Shown piece by piece: positions 9,914 to 18,691 of a DNA stretch of 64,000 nt (the first letter of the stretch is position 1; each line of letters starts with the position of its first letter). The notes beneath the pieces are model-generated. The model had not been told where the DNA came from, did no database searches, and worked only from the letters and a program-made list of their open reading frames with translations. Source of the stretch: an uncultured Ignavibacteriales bacterium (GTDB taxonomy: Bacteria > Zixibacteria > MSB-5A5 > GN15 > FEB-12); the NCBI GenBank assembly GCA_964397415.1, contig CAYNIJ010000005.1, positions 110,580-174,579 of the forward strand, written 5' to 3'. A program made the translations under genes and the position numbers.

Positions 9914-10923
9914 ATCGTCCGTTTTACTGCCTGTGCCACATGCTCCAGATCATTCATTAGTTCGGCAAAATCCGCCGGATACATACTCTGAACACCGTCG
10001 GAAAGCGCGCGTTCCGGATCGGGATGCACTTCGATTATCAGTCCATCCGCTCCGGTCGCGACGGAGCCTTTTGAGACCGGCCCGACCAGTTCGCGCTTGC
10101 CTACCGCGTGACTCGGGTCGACGATCACCGGAAGATGACTCAACTGCTTGAGGATCGGTACCGCCGAGATATCCAGTGTGTTGCGTGTCCATTTCTCAAA
10201 ACTGCGGATACCTCGCTCGCAGAGCATCACGTTTGGATTCCCATTCGACAGAATATATTCCGCCGACATCAACAACTCCTCGATCGTCGCCATCAACCCG
10301 CGCTTCAATAGCACCGGTTTGTGGCTCTTGCCGCACTCTTCTAACAGCGAAAAGTTCTGCATATTCCGCGCCCCGATCTGAAGTATGTCCGCGTAGCTCG
10401 CGACCAGCGATACATCCTGAGGCGATACCACCTCGGTCACTATCGGCAGCCCGAACTGCTCACCAACTTCTTTGAGTATGATCAAGCCCGGTTCACCCAA
10501 CCCCTGGAAACTGTACGGCGACGTTCTCGGTTTGAATGCACCACCTCTCAGGATCTTCGCCCCCGCTTTCGCTACTGCGTCGGCCGAGGCCATCATCTGG
10601 TCGCGCGTTTCCACCGCGCATGGCCCGGCCATCACCACCACCTGTTTCCCCCCGATCTTCACATTGCCGGCCGTGATGACAGAATCTTCCGGCTTGAACT
10701 CCCGACTCGACAGTTTGAACGGCTTCAGGATCGGCACAACTGACTCAACCCCGATCAGCGTCTGAAAGACCGCCGGGTCAACTACCTTTCCGTTGCCGAC
10801 CACGCCGATGATCGTTTTTTTGTCGCCGCGTGAAAGATGCGGACGAAACCCCAACTCCTGTACTCGCTCCAGCACATGCTGGAGACGTTCCTCCGTGGCG
10901 TCCGAGCGCATCACAATGATCAT
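9910..10923 (-). CDS. aroF: 3-deoxy-7-phosphoheptulonate (DAHP) synthase, type I-beta, with N-terminal ferredoxin-like regulatory domain
   Basis: KDO8PS/DAHPS I-beta-like core ([28 protein letters not shown]). The N-terminal ~70 aa resembles the Thermotoga-type regulatory domain. Confidence 0.85.
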   Translation of the reverse strand: MIIVMRSDATEERLQHVLERVQELGFRPHLSRGDKKTIIGVVGNGKVVDPAVFQTLIGVESVVPILKPFKLSSREFKPEDSVITAGNVKIGGKQVVVMAGPCAVETRDQMMASADAVAKAGAKILRGGAFKPRTSPYSFQGLGEPGLIILKEVGEQFGLPIVTEVVSPQDVSLVASYADILQIGARNMQNFSLLEECGKSHKPVLLKRGLMATIEELLMSAEYILSNGNPNVMLCERGIRSFEKWTRNTLDISAVPILKQLSHLPVIVDPSHAVGKRELVGPVSKGSVATGADGLIIEVHPDPERALSDGVQSMYPADFAELMNDLEHVAQAVKRTI

Positions 10924-11294
10924 ACGGGATCTCCTTCGGTGAGGTCGGGGCGTAACTGCCTCGCCTCTCTCAGATATTGGTGTTTTATCTCTTGCGGCGA
11001 TCTGGCGGTATTGACGAGTAGAAGTACCCGCACCACCGATCGCATCGCGCCCGGAACATCGATCTCTTGTGCGCAGATGAGCGGCACGGTCGGCCAGTGG
11101 AGACCGCGTACCGCGTACGCCGGGAACTCGGCCGTCAGATCCGGTGTCGCCGTGAACATGATCCCCGCGATATCATCCGGCTCTAACTGGTTTTCCCGGA
11201 CGATCGCCACCAGCAACTCCCGCGTTGCCGAGGTTATCGCTTCTTTGTTGTTTGCGTCGACCGTCACGGCCCCGCGAATGCCACGCACTGCCAT
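10920..11294 (-). CDS. aroH: Chorismate mutase, AroH class
   Basis: MAVRGIRGA..., a typical AroH N-terminus, at about 120 aa. AAGGAGA RBS. ATGA overlap with aroF. Confidence 0.85.
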   Translation of the reverse strand: MAVRGIRGAVTVDANNKEAITSATRELLVAIVRENQLEPDDIAGIMFTATPDLTAEFPAYAVRGLHWPTVPLICAQEIDVPGAMRSVVRVLLLVNTARSPQEIKHQYLREARQLRPDLTEGDPV

Positions 11295-11327
11295 CGTTGG
11301 ATTCTCCTTGCGGAGGTTTTAATACTA

Positions 11328-11360
11328 TGAAAAAGGCCCGCTGCCATTTGGTAGCGGGCC
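11328..11360 (-). terminator. Attenuator terminator immediately upstream of aroH
   Basis: Minus-strand GGCCCGCU / AGCGGGCC stem (11360-11335) followed by UUUUU (11334-11330). It lies about 35 nt before the aroH start. Confidence 0.7.
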
Positions 11361-11383
11361 TGGATATCTTGCTGACCTTGCTG

Positions 11384-11494
11384 TCAGACTGACATACCAC
11401 CCACTACCGGGTAGAGAGAATAGTAGTAATAGCCCCAATATCGGGCGGCATCATCGGTGGAAAGAGAAGCAATGTAGGATGTCTGGACTACCAT
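11384..11494 (-). CDS. Tyr/Trp-rich leader peptide of the aro operon (36 aa): MVVQTSYIASLSTDDAARYWGYYYYSLYPVVGGMSV
   Basis: AGGAGA lies 9 nt before the ATG at 11494. The peptide has 7 Tyr and 1 Trp, including four consecutive Tyr codons at 11431-11420, and ends in TGA at 11386-11384. It is below the ORF-track size cutoff. Confidence 0.65.
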   Translation of the reverse strand: MVVQTSYIASLSTDDAARYWGYYYYSLYPVVGGMSV

Positions 11495-11518
11495 TGAGTA
11501 ATATCTCCTGGTGTTCTC

Positions 11519-11546
11519 AGTATACCCCAAAGTGCAATTTTGTCAA
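11519..11546 (-). promoter_or_regulatory. Sigma-70-type promoter of the aro leader and operon
   Basis: TTGACA (11546-11541), 16-nt spacer, TATACT (11524-11519) on the minus strand. Confidence 0.6.
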
Positions 11547-11602
11547 GATGGATTCTTTCAGTCGCCTATTGACCGCGGGATAAATGTACCGTGATTGAAC
11601 AG

Positions 11603-11629
11603 CGGGGCTCCCGCTCCACAGGAGCCCCG
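11603..11629 (-). terminator. Hairpin just downstream of the 5'-nucleotidase stop
   Basis: 9-bp GC stem CGGGGCTCC / GGAGCCCCG. The U-tract on the minus strand is poor. Confidence 0.4.
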
Positions 11630-11649
11630 GCCTTTAGATTGACTGCCTC

Positions 11650-13821
11650 CTACTGGAGCAGTAGCATCTTACGCGTCGCCACTGCCCCGTTTGTCTCAAG
11701 TCTATAGAAGTAGACGCCACTGGCAACCGGGTTGCCTGAGGCATCCATCGAATTCCAGGTCGCGGTGTGTATCCCTGCGGATAGATCCCCCTCGACCAGC
11801 GTTGCTACCCGTTCACCCAGTATGTTGTATACCACCAGGCTGACATGAGTCGGCTGTGGCAGGCTGAAAGAGATCGACGTGGTTGGATTGAATGGATTGG
11901 GATAATTCTGCTCCAGAACCAATTCGCTTGGCAAAGTCGCCACTTTCGCCGCTGGCGGCGCCTGCGGTGCGATCATCCCCTGAATATAGCCGGCCAGGTA
12001 GACCAGTCGTTCGGCCGCCATCGGATCAAGATACTTGGATGGCGTCCTTTCGACCTCCTGCTTGAAGATCTCCAGCATCTGCCAGGCCGCTTGCAACGCG
12101 CCGCGCTCTATCAGCTTCTGCGCTTTTAGCACGTGCAGATGCCATGGCGCGACATTGTAGGTCCGCTTCAGCAGCTTGGAATCGATATACTGGGTGATCG
12201 CCTGATCCAGCAGGAGCGCTGCGTCGGCCGGATCAGCCATCGGCGCCAGATCGAACACCCGCCCGCCGCGATATGCTACCACTGGCGTATGGTCGATCAT
12301 GTAGTCCTTCACGACCGTGTAGACCGGCAAATCAAGGAAGTTAAGATTACTGATAGAGAATCCCGGTATCTGGCTGACAAATCCAACCACCGCGTCCGAG
12401 GTCGACACCGTGTATGTTGCATACGGGTCTATCGGTACGCCGTTGATGCGAACCGATGTATAGTCGACACGCGAGCCGGGTGGATTCGCTTGATTGTACG
12501 CGTACATGATATTTGAACCATGCAGTATGAAATCCTCGGAGTACGGTAGATTGTAGACCGCGAACTCAAGCCCCGCCAGAATAGACATACCGTTCGTCTC
12601 GAACGTCACCAGCTTCAGCCCCAGCCCCGTGGTCTGGTCAAACCCGTATGGGACAGCCTGGAAGATATCCATCCCCCTGACCAGCCCTTTGTAGATCGTC
12701 TGACCGCAAAACCCCTGCGGCTGGAACGCGATATCCGTTCCAGTCACTATCCGGAACGCGTCCGCGATCATATTCCCCATCGGCGTATCCTGGAAGATCC
12801 CATCCGTTCTTGTCTTAGTGATATCAACCGCCGCCACTGCCAGGTTTTCGGAGTATACTGGTCCAAATCGGGGATCCGCCTCGATTCCCATAGCCAGCAT
12901 CTGGATCTGACCGGCAATAGTCGGTTCTTCCGGGACCGACTGATCTATCGGGACAGGATAATAGTCAAAGCCGACCAGGTCTCCGCTTTCGACAACCAGC
13001 GTTGTCCTGCCGACATGCCCCGCAAACTCTCCTGCCTGCACGATCCTGACTCCATTGACCTCAACAGCACCGGGCAGATAGGTGTGAGAATGTCCGCCGA
13101 CTATAACGTCTGCCCCTGAGACCATTTGCGCCAGAACGCAGTCAACTTCAAACCCCAGGTGACTAAGGATTATCACGACATCACAGTCATGCGCCGCAAG
13201 CGTATCGATCCACCTCTGCGCTTCTCCAATGGCCGGCAGCACCAGTACCGGCGATGGATTGGATATCTGGTTCGCGCTTTCGGTCAGCAACGCCACCACC
13301 CCGACCCGCGTGTTCCCGTAATCTTTGATCATGTACGGCTGAACAAAGTATCCCATGGTCGGCTCGCCACTGACATCCAGATTGGCGCAGAGCACCGGCA
13401 TGGCCGGGTCAGGCAACCCCGCTTGAATCAGCATATACTGCAGGGTCGATGGATAGAGATCAAATTCATGGTTCCCCAGCGCAACCGCATCATACCCGAT
13501 CGCTTTCATCAGCATCAACTGGGGAATGCTGAGATACTCCTGAAACATGAAATCCCCGACCGAATAGTCCCCGGCATCCAACACCAGAGTATTGGGCGAC
13601 TGCATCCGGGTCATCCCGATCAGCGTCGCGACTCGGGCAAAACCTCCCCATTGCCAGTTCCCCGAGGCATCCTTTGGCCCATACGGCAAGAGATGCGCAT
13701 GCGTGTCATTCGTGTGCAGAATGACGATCGAATCCGGCTGAGCAATCGCTACAGCGCAGCACATCAGTATCGCCGCCAGCACTGTTACTAACGTTTTCAC
13801 TGAAGCCTTCCCTTGCGGCAT
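11650..13821 (-). CDS. Secreted metallophosphatase/5'-nucleotidase with T9SS-type C-terminal sorting domain
   Basis: HTNDTHAH and GNHEFD motifs and a signal peptide. The C-terminal ~85 aa (LEQNYPNPFNPTT...GVYFYRL...KMLLLQ) is a typical Por/T9SS CTD. Confidence 0.85.
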   Translation of the reverse strand: MPQGKASVKTLVTVLAAILMCCAVAIAQPDSIVILHTNDTHAHLLPYGPKDASGNWQWGGFARVATLIGMTRMQSPNTLVLDAGDYSVGDFMFQEYLSIPQLMLMKAIGYDAVALGNHEFDLYPSTLQYMLIQAGLPDPAMPVLCANLDVSGEPTMGYFVQPYMIKDYGNTRVGVVALLTESANQISNPSPVLVLPAIGEAQRWIDTLAAHDCDVVIILSHLGFEVDCVLAQMVSGADVIVGGHSHTYLPGAVEVNGVRIVQAGEFAGHVGRTTLVVESGDLVGFDYYPVPIDQSVPEEPTIAGQIQMLAMGIEADPRFGPVYSENLAVAAVDITKTRTDGIFQDTPMGNMIADAFRIVTGTDIAFQPQGFCGQTIYKGLVRGMDIFQAVPYGFDQTTGLGLKLVTFETNGMSILAGLEFAVYNLPYSEDFILHGSNIMYAYNQANPPGSRVDYTSVRINGVPIDPYATYTVSTSDAVVGFVSQIPGFSISNLNFLDLPVYTVVKDYMIDHTPVVAYRGGRVFDLAPMADPADAALLLDQAITQYIDSKLLKRTYNVAPWHLHVLKAQKLIERGALQAAWQMLEIFKQEVERTPSKYLDPMAAERLVYLAGYIQGMIAPQAPPAAKVATLPSELVLEQNYPNPFNPTTSISFSLPQPTHVSLVVYNILGERVATLVEGDLSAGIHTATWNSMDASGNPVASGVYFYRLETNGAVATRKMLLLQ

Positions 13822-13943
13822 CCGCCGCGTGAATATGTATGAGTATAGACACGACCGGTCAGAAGGCCAATCGCGCCCCGTCCGTCTGCGTCGTGATGAT
13901 TTTTGTCCCGGATAGAATTCGTGGTTCGATAGGAATTAAGAAT

Positions 13944-13972
13944 AATGTAGGCATGCTTCTCCACTATGTCAA
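13944..13972 (-). promoter_or_regulatory. Candidate promoter for the 5'-nucleotidase gene
   Basis: Minus strand: TTGACA (13972-13967), 17-nt spacer, TACATT (13949-13944). Confidence 0.35.
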
Positions 13973-14138
13973 GAGAGAAGTGCGGTATGTTACTGATAGA
14001 CAAATGCTCATTCTGCAGACCTACGCTTCAGTCACCGAAGTGATCTCTATCGATTCCGGCCGGAATCCAGGGCTTGCCTGTTCTGCCCCGAAATGCTTTC
14101 TTTGGAGAGCACAGGACCACCCTTAGCTCCGGATTGAT

Positions 14139-15320
14139 ATGCAGAAGCCAGATGATGTTGCGCTCCTTCGCCTGATCCTTGACACACTCAGCTTGCCAGT
14201 CATCGTCGTCGACCGCGACTTGCGTATAGTCTATTGCAATGAGACTCTCTCCAAATGGAACGCCGAGTTTAAATGGAACGCCGATGACCTTATCGGTAAG
14301 CCGATGTTCGAGGTTTTCAGCTTCCTCCCTCAGCGAGCCAGAAACAACTATGATGTCGTCTCGAAAACTGGTCAGCCTCTTCGCTCGGAATCAAGTTACA
14401 GCTTCGGTGACAAGCAGCTCTCCGTCGAAGTGGAACTGCTGCCTGTCGTACTTGATAACAAGGTTCAATACATCATTACCTTGCTCCGCAATATCACCCG
14501 CCAGCGTGAGATGCAGCTCGCCCTCCAACAAAGCGAGGAACGCTTCCGCCTCCAGTTTATGGCCCTGCCGCTCCCCACTTTCACCTGGGAGCAGTCAGGA
14601 TCGGATTTCAAACTGGTCAGCTATAATGACGCCGCCGCGTCAATTACCGAAGGTGGCGCGGCAAAGCTGGTTGGCTTGGGAGCGGCCAAATTGTATGGCG
14701 AGCAATCCGAGATAATGTCCGACCTGCGGAAATGTCTTGAAACTCGCGAAGTCGTGCAACGGGAGATGCTGTATGCGATGAAGTCGTTTCCCGGTCACAA
14801 ATATATTCGTGCGTATTATGTCTTTATTCCCCCGAATCAGGTCCAGATCCACAGCATCGACCTCACCGCCCTCAAGGAGTCGGAGGAACAGCTTCGTCAG
14901 GCCCAATTTCACCTGGCGCAGAAGATCGCCGAACGAACCGAGGAGTTGGAGCACGCGAACGAACAACTGACCATCGAACGCGAAACCCTGCAGCGAAAAA
15001 ACCTGCTGCAGCAGGAGCTTCTTGATCAGATCGGTGAAAGTCGGCGCGCCGCCGCCCTCCAGATACAAGCTAATATCGACCGTATCGTCATGCCGCTGTT
15101 CGAACATATGCGGGGAAAAGTAGATACCCGAAGCGCGGAGTACGTCGAGATGATCAGGAAATCTCTCTTGGAGATCACCTCGCCGCTGGTCAGCAGACTG
15201 GAGCAGAAATTCAGACATCTCACTCCTCAGGAGATCCAGATCTGCTCAATGATTCGCCGTGGATACAGCAGTAAGGAAATCGCAGGAATCCGCAACTGCT
15301 CTCCGCAGACAGTACTCTAA
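14139..15320 (+). CDS. PAS-domain sensor / LuxR(GerE)-type HTH regulator, cut by an in-frame TAA inside the HTH
   Basis: Two PAS-like segments and a coiled coil, then LTPQEIQICSMIRRGYSSKEIAGIRNCSPQTVL-stop. The same frame continues QRKTIRRKLGLAKSKANLATFLA... to TGA at 15423-15425. Confidence 0.7.
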   Translation: MQKPDDVALLRLILDTLSLPVIVVDRDLRIVYCNETLSKWNAEFKWNADDLIGKPMFEVFSFLPQRARNNYDVVSKTGQPLRSESSYSFGDKQLSVEVELLPVVLDNKVQYIITLLRNITRQREMQLALQQSEERFRLQFMALPLPTFTWEQSGSDFKLVSYNDAAASITEGGAAKLVGLGAAKLYGEQSEIMSDLRKCLETREVVQREMLYAMKSFPGHKYIRAYYVFIPPNQVQIHSIDLTALKESEEQLRQAQFHLAQKIAERTEELEHANEQLTIERETLQRKNLLQQELLDQIGESRRAAALQIQANIDRIVMPLFEHMRGKVDTRSAEYVEMIRKSLLEITSPLVSRLEQKFRHLTPQEIQICSMIRRGYSSKEIAGIRNCSPQTVL

Positions 15321-15507
15321 CAGCGCAAGACCATACGGCGGAAACTTGGACTCGCTAAGTCCAAAGCGAACCTCGCGACCTTTCTAGCGTCAGTCTCAGT
15401 AGAATCGACGGTCAATCAGGAGTGACTGGATTCATATCTCTATTCTGTTGCAAAGCAGAGCATTAGATTGATAATCGTGGATGTTGGATGATCGACGAGG
15501 TGCAATA

Positions 15508-15534
15508 TTATGGGGTATGACTCATACCCCATAA
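15508..15534. repeat. 27-nt perfect palindrome
   Basis: TTATGGGGTATGA-C-TCATACCCCATAA, in an AT-rich convergent intergenic region. Confidence 0.6.
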
Positions 15535-15777
15535 ATAGCCTACAATTAACCGTTGTGCCCTAACGTGTATTATTAGATATTCGACTGGCGCCGGGTGACA
15601 CCCTCGCATATTCTAGGGGTAAATGTGGGCCAACTAGGGCTTCATACAGTGTACTCCTGCATTACACTTGGCGCTAAAAATATGAGCCCGTCTTGGCTGG
15701 AATGCAGTTCCCCCCTCCCCCCCTGCATTGCTCCTTGGCGGGTTCTTTTTTTGTGTGCGATTTCGCTGCGCAATGAA

Positions 15778-16587
15778 TTAGACAGCTTCCGCGCTGAATC
15801 GCGCGATTGCCCCGGTTCGAAGATTTCGACGGTAGATTTTGACGAAGAATCCATACGCCCCCACCAGGTAGATCAGCGACAACACTCCTCCTGTCAGCAG
15901 ATTGATCCAGACCTGCTCTGCCACTATCTCTCCCGACAATATCCCGCGCATGCTCTCAAACACATAGCTAGCGGGAATGATTCGCGCTATCCACTGCATC
16001 ATTTCGGGCAATGTCGCTATTGGATAGTAAACTCCCACAAAGACTGATAGCAGGAATGGGATTGGCCACCCCAACCACTCTGCGGTCGGTCCGAATCTGA
16101 AGATCACCCCCGACACAAACACCCCCATCGCCGCGACAAAAACAAAGAGTATCAGCATGAACGGTAGGATCATTGTGCCCACGACCATGACATCGTAACC
16201 AAACGCGATTCCGGCAAGTATCACCATCGCCATCAAACCGGCCATCGCGGTCACGATACTCGTCAGCACCAGCCCGCTCAGATACTCCGTTAGCTTGAGG
16301 GGTGACACGAAATAGTTGATGAAGTTCTGGCTCCAGACATCCTCGAGAAAACTGGTCATGATCCCCGCCTGGATACGGGCACAAAACTCAAAGAAGATGA
16401 TTGCTCCCAGAATAACAGTGACGAAACTGAACGTCGCCTCGCCGAACGTCAGCAGATACTTCCTGACAAATCCCCACTGCACTAGGTCGATCAACAGCCA
16501 AAGAAAGACCGAGGACAAACGCGTCGGATTTCCCGATATCAGGTACATTTGTCGCAAAAAGATCGCGTACACTCGGGATATCGACAT
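15778..16587 (-). CDS. ABC-2 type transporter permease
   Basis: Six-TM ABC-2 layout, directly downstream of the ATPase gene with a 1-nt gap. Confidence 0.8.
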   Translation of the reverse strand: MSISRVYAIFLRQMYLISGNPTRLSSVFLWLLIDLVQWGFVRKYLLTFGEATFSFVTVILGAIIFFEFCARIQAGIMTSFLEDVWSQNFINYFVSPLKLTEYLSGLVLTSIVTAMAGLMAMVILAGIAFGYDVMVVGTMILPFMLILFVFVAAMGVFVSGVIFRFGPTAEWLGWPIPFLLSVFVGVYYPIATLPEMMQWIARIIPASYVFESMRGILSGEIVAEQVWINLLTGGVLSLIYLVGAYGFFVKIYRRNLRTGAIARFSAEAV

Positions 16588-16588
16588 T

Positions 16589-17344
16589 CTATTCCTCCCT
16601 CAGGGAGAGCGGCTCGCGCGCCACCGCGATGAACAGCTCCTCGAGATCTTTCTTGCCGTATTCCGATGCCACCGTTCGTGGATAGCCGGTCAACAGTACT
16701 CTCCCATGCGACAAAAACATCACCCTATCGCACACTGCCTCTATCTCCCGCATATTGTGCGACGTCCAGAGTACAGCGGTGCCACGTTCCCTGACATATC
16801 CCCGTATCCGCTCACGGATCATCTGGGCGATGCTTGGGTCGAGCGAAGCGGTCGGTTCATCGAGCAACAGCAATTTCGGCTCATTGATGACCGCCTTGGC
16901 CAAACTGAGACGGCTCAGTTCTCCCGAAGACAACAGTCCGGCCTTCGAGTCCGCGAACTTTTCCAGATCGAACTGACTCAACAACTCCTCAACCCGCAGT
17001 TTGGGATGTTTTACGCCATACAGCAGCGCGAAAACACGGAGATTCTGCCTCACCGTCAGATTCAGCGGGACATGGGCGTACACCGCCGCGAAATTGACCT
17101 GTCGCGAGATCGTCGAACGCTCCCTTGCCAGTTCCTTTCCAAAAACGCGGATCGTTCCCTCCGTCGGCTCCAGGATACCAAGGATCATATTGATAGTGGT
17201 CGATTTCCCCGCCCCATTCGGCCCGAGCAGGCCGATGATCTCCCCCGCGTTGATCGAAAACGAGATATGGTCAACCGCGATGGTCTGGCCATATAGTTTG
17301 GTCAGAGATTGGATATCAAGCACTGTGGATGGTTCGCTCACCAT
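16589..17344 (-). CDS. ABC transporter ATP-binding protein
   Basis: Walker A GPNGAGKST, signature LSSGE, Walker B LLLLDEP. Confidence 0.9.
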   Translation of the reverse strand: MVSEPSTVLDIQSLTKLYGQTIAVDHISFSINAGEIIGLLGPNGAGKSTTINMILGILEPTEGTIRVFGKELARERSTISRQVNFAAVYAHVPLNLTVRQNLRVFALLYGVKHPKLRVEELLSQFDLEKFADSKAGLLSSGELSRLSLAKAVINEPKLLLLDEPTASLDPSIAQMIRERIRGYVRERGTAVLWTSHNMREIEAVCDRVMFLSHGRVLLTGYPRTVASEYGKKDLEELFIAVAREPLSLREE

Positions 17345-17439
17345 AGCGCAAAATAGATGTCCAAAATGCGCATGGGAAGTTAAACATTGGCATCGATTCG
17401 CCGGCCGCCCCCATCAAAATCCTGTTGAATTATAGATAG

Positions 17440-17455
17440 AAATAATCTATTATTT
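17440..17455. promoter_or_regulatory. AT-rich 7-2-7 inverted repeat, Fur/PerR-box-like
   Basis: AAATAAT-CT-ATTATTT lies between the divergent ABC exporter operon and a small His/Cys-containing ORF. Confidence 0.25.
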
Positions 17456-17558
17456 AATGGTAACTGAAAGTGCCCGGAACCATCGACTCGACACCTTTCG
17501 CCTCTCCCCCTTCCGGCACCAGGCTCCATCTGACACTATTTGCTGCAAGGAGATTCCT

Positions 17559-17837
17559 ATGCCCAGATTCTACATCGAGATTCCGCACGAAGCAGAAACG
17601 ATCGCTTGCCTGAGAGCAGTTCGAGTACTCCAGGATACCGGCTCGCATCTCCTGACCCATGCCGACTACGGATGTTACGATGGTGACCATACGGCCCGGA
17701 TCGTCGTTGAGGTCGATACTAAAACCGACGCGCTGATGATGGTCCCCCCGGTTTATCGACCCAAAGCGCGAGTCATCCAACTGAATAGTTTCTCGCGGGA
17801 GGAGATCGACGAACTGATGAAGAGGCACTCTGGGTAG
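17559..17837 (+). CDS. Small hypothetical protein (92 aa)
   Basis: ATG at 17559 is preceded by AAGGAG. I recognise no family. Confidence 0.5.
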   Translation: MPRFYIEIPHEAETIACLRAVRVLQDTGSHLLTHADYGCYDGDHTARIVVEVDTKTDALMMVPPVYRPKARVIQLNSFSREEIDELMKRHSG

Positions 17838-17969
17838 TATGTGACGGTATGCAGCGGGAGCTGATGGCCGGAGACCCCTCCCGATTGGTCGCCTGTCTCG
17901 TTGATTCACAATGGCTTGCGACGTTTTTGTATCATCCCTCTCTTCGGTCTTGCCGAATTCGGCGTTTCG

Positions 17970-18632
17970 ATGTATCCTATCCGGATGAAACTGGACAAAT
18001 CACTCCATTACGCTCCGCATCCCGATGACGCTGCCCCCGTCGAACGGATGCCCGCTGTCATTGAAACCAAAGACAGCACCGCCAACCCGGCCCCTCTTGG
18101 GCTCCTGGGATTCGGCATGACCACCGTACTTCTTAATCTCCACAACGCCGGCTATTTCGGACTCGACAGCATGATTCTCGGTATGGGGATATTCTATGGT
18201 GGCATCGCCCAAATCATCGCCGGTTTGATGGAATGGAAAAAGAAGAATACCTTCGGCACCACAGCCTTCACCTCATATGGCCTCTTCTGGCTGACGCTTG
18301 TGGCCCTGCTGGTACTGCCAAAGGTGGGCTGGGGAACCGCCCCGACCAAAGAAGCGATGACCGCCTATCTCTTCATGTGGGGACTTTTCACCGCCTGCAT
18401 GTTCGTCGGCACCTTGAAACTGAATCGTGCCCTGCAGGTGGTCTTTGCGTCGCTGACCATTCTCTTCTGGCTACTGGCATTGGGAGATATCACCGAGAAT
18501 GCCACAATCAAAACGATAGCTGGCTATGAAGGGATCTTCTGTGGCCTATCGGCGATCTACACCGCGATTGCGCAGATCCTAAACGAAGTCTGCAACCGAA
18601 CGGTTCTCCCCCTGGGGCCGATCACAAGTTAG
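17970..18632 (+). CDS. GPR1/FUN34/YaaH family acetate (succinate-acetate) channel
   Basis: Hallmark [14 protein letters not shown] motif and six TM helices. The start is uncertain (ATG at 17970 or 17985; the ORF-track start at 17901 is TTG). Confidence 0.85.
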   Translation: MYPIRMKLDKSLHYAPHPDDAAPVERMPAVIETKDSTANPAPLGLLGFGMTTVLLNLHNAGYFGLDSMILGMGIFYGGIAQIIAGLMEWKKKNTFGTTAFTSYGLFWLTLVALLVLPKVGWGTAPTKEAMTAYLFMWGLFTACMFVGTLKLNRALQVVFASLTILFWLLALGDITENATIKTIAGYEGIFCGLSAIYTAIAQILNEVCNRTVLPLGPITS

Positions 18633-18657
18633 TTGTATGAAATTGAGAGAAGATTGG

Positions 18658-18681
18658 GCGGACACTTAAACGTGTCCGCCT
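18658..18681. terminator. Hairpin between the convergent acetate-channel gene and typA
   Basis: 9-bp stem GGCGGACAC / GTGTCCGCC with loop TTAAAC. The U-tracts are weak. Confidence 0.45.
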
Positions 18682-18691
18682 GAGAATTGTC

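Noticed and set aside
11350-11512. T-box riboswitch in the aro leader. GGGUGGUA at 11404-11397 resembles the T-box core, and a UAC-A could serve as a Tyr specifier near 11476-11473.
   Set aside because: The T-box match stops after 8 nt (UGUCAG instead of CCGCG). I could not build a Stem I with a K-turn, AG bulge or distal loop. A well-formed SD plus a Tyr-run ORF explains the same sequence better. A covariance-model scan (Rfam RF00230) would settle it.
15318-15320. Stop-codon reassignment (TAA as sense) as the explanation for the interrupted LuxR HTH.
   Set aside because: TAA terminates other well-conserved genes at their expected ends in this window, for example ettA at 6111-6113 and the NuoF-like gene at 43221-43223.
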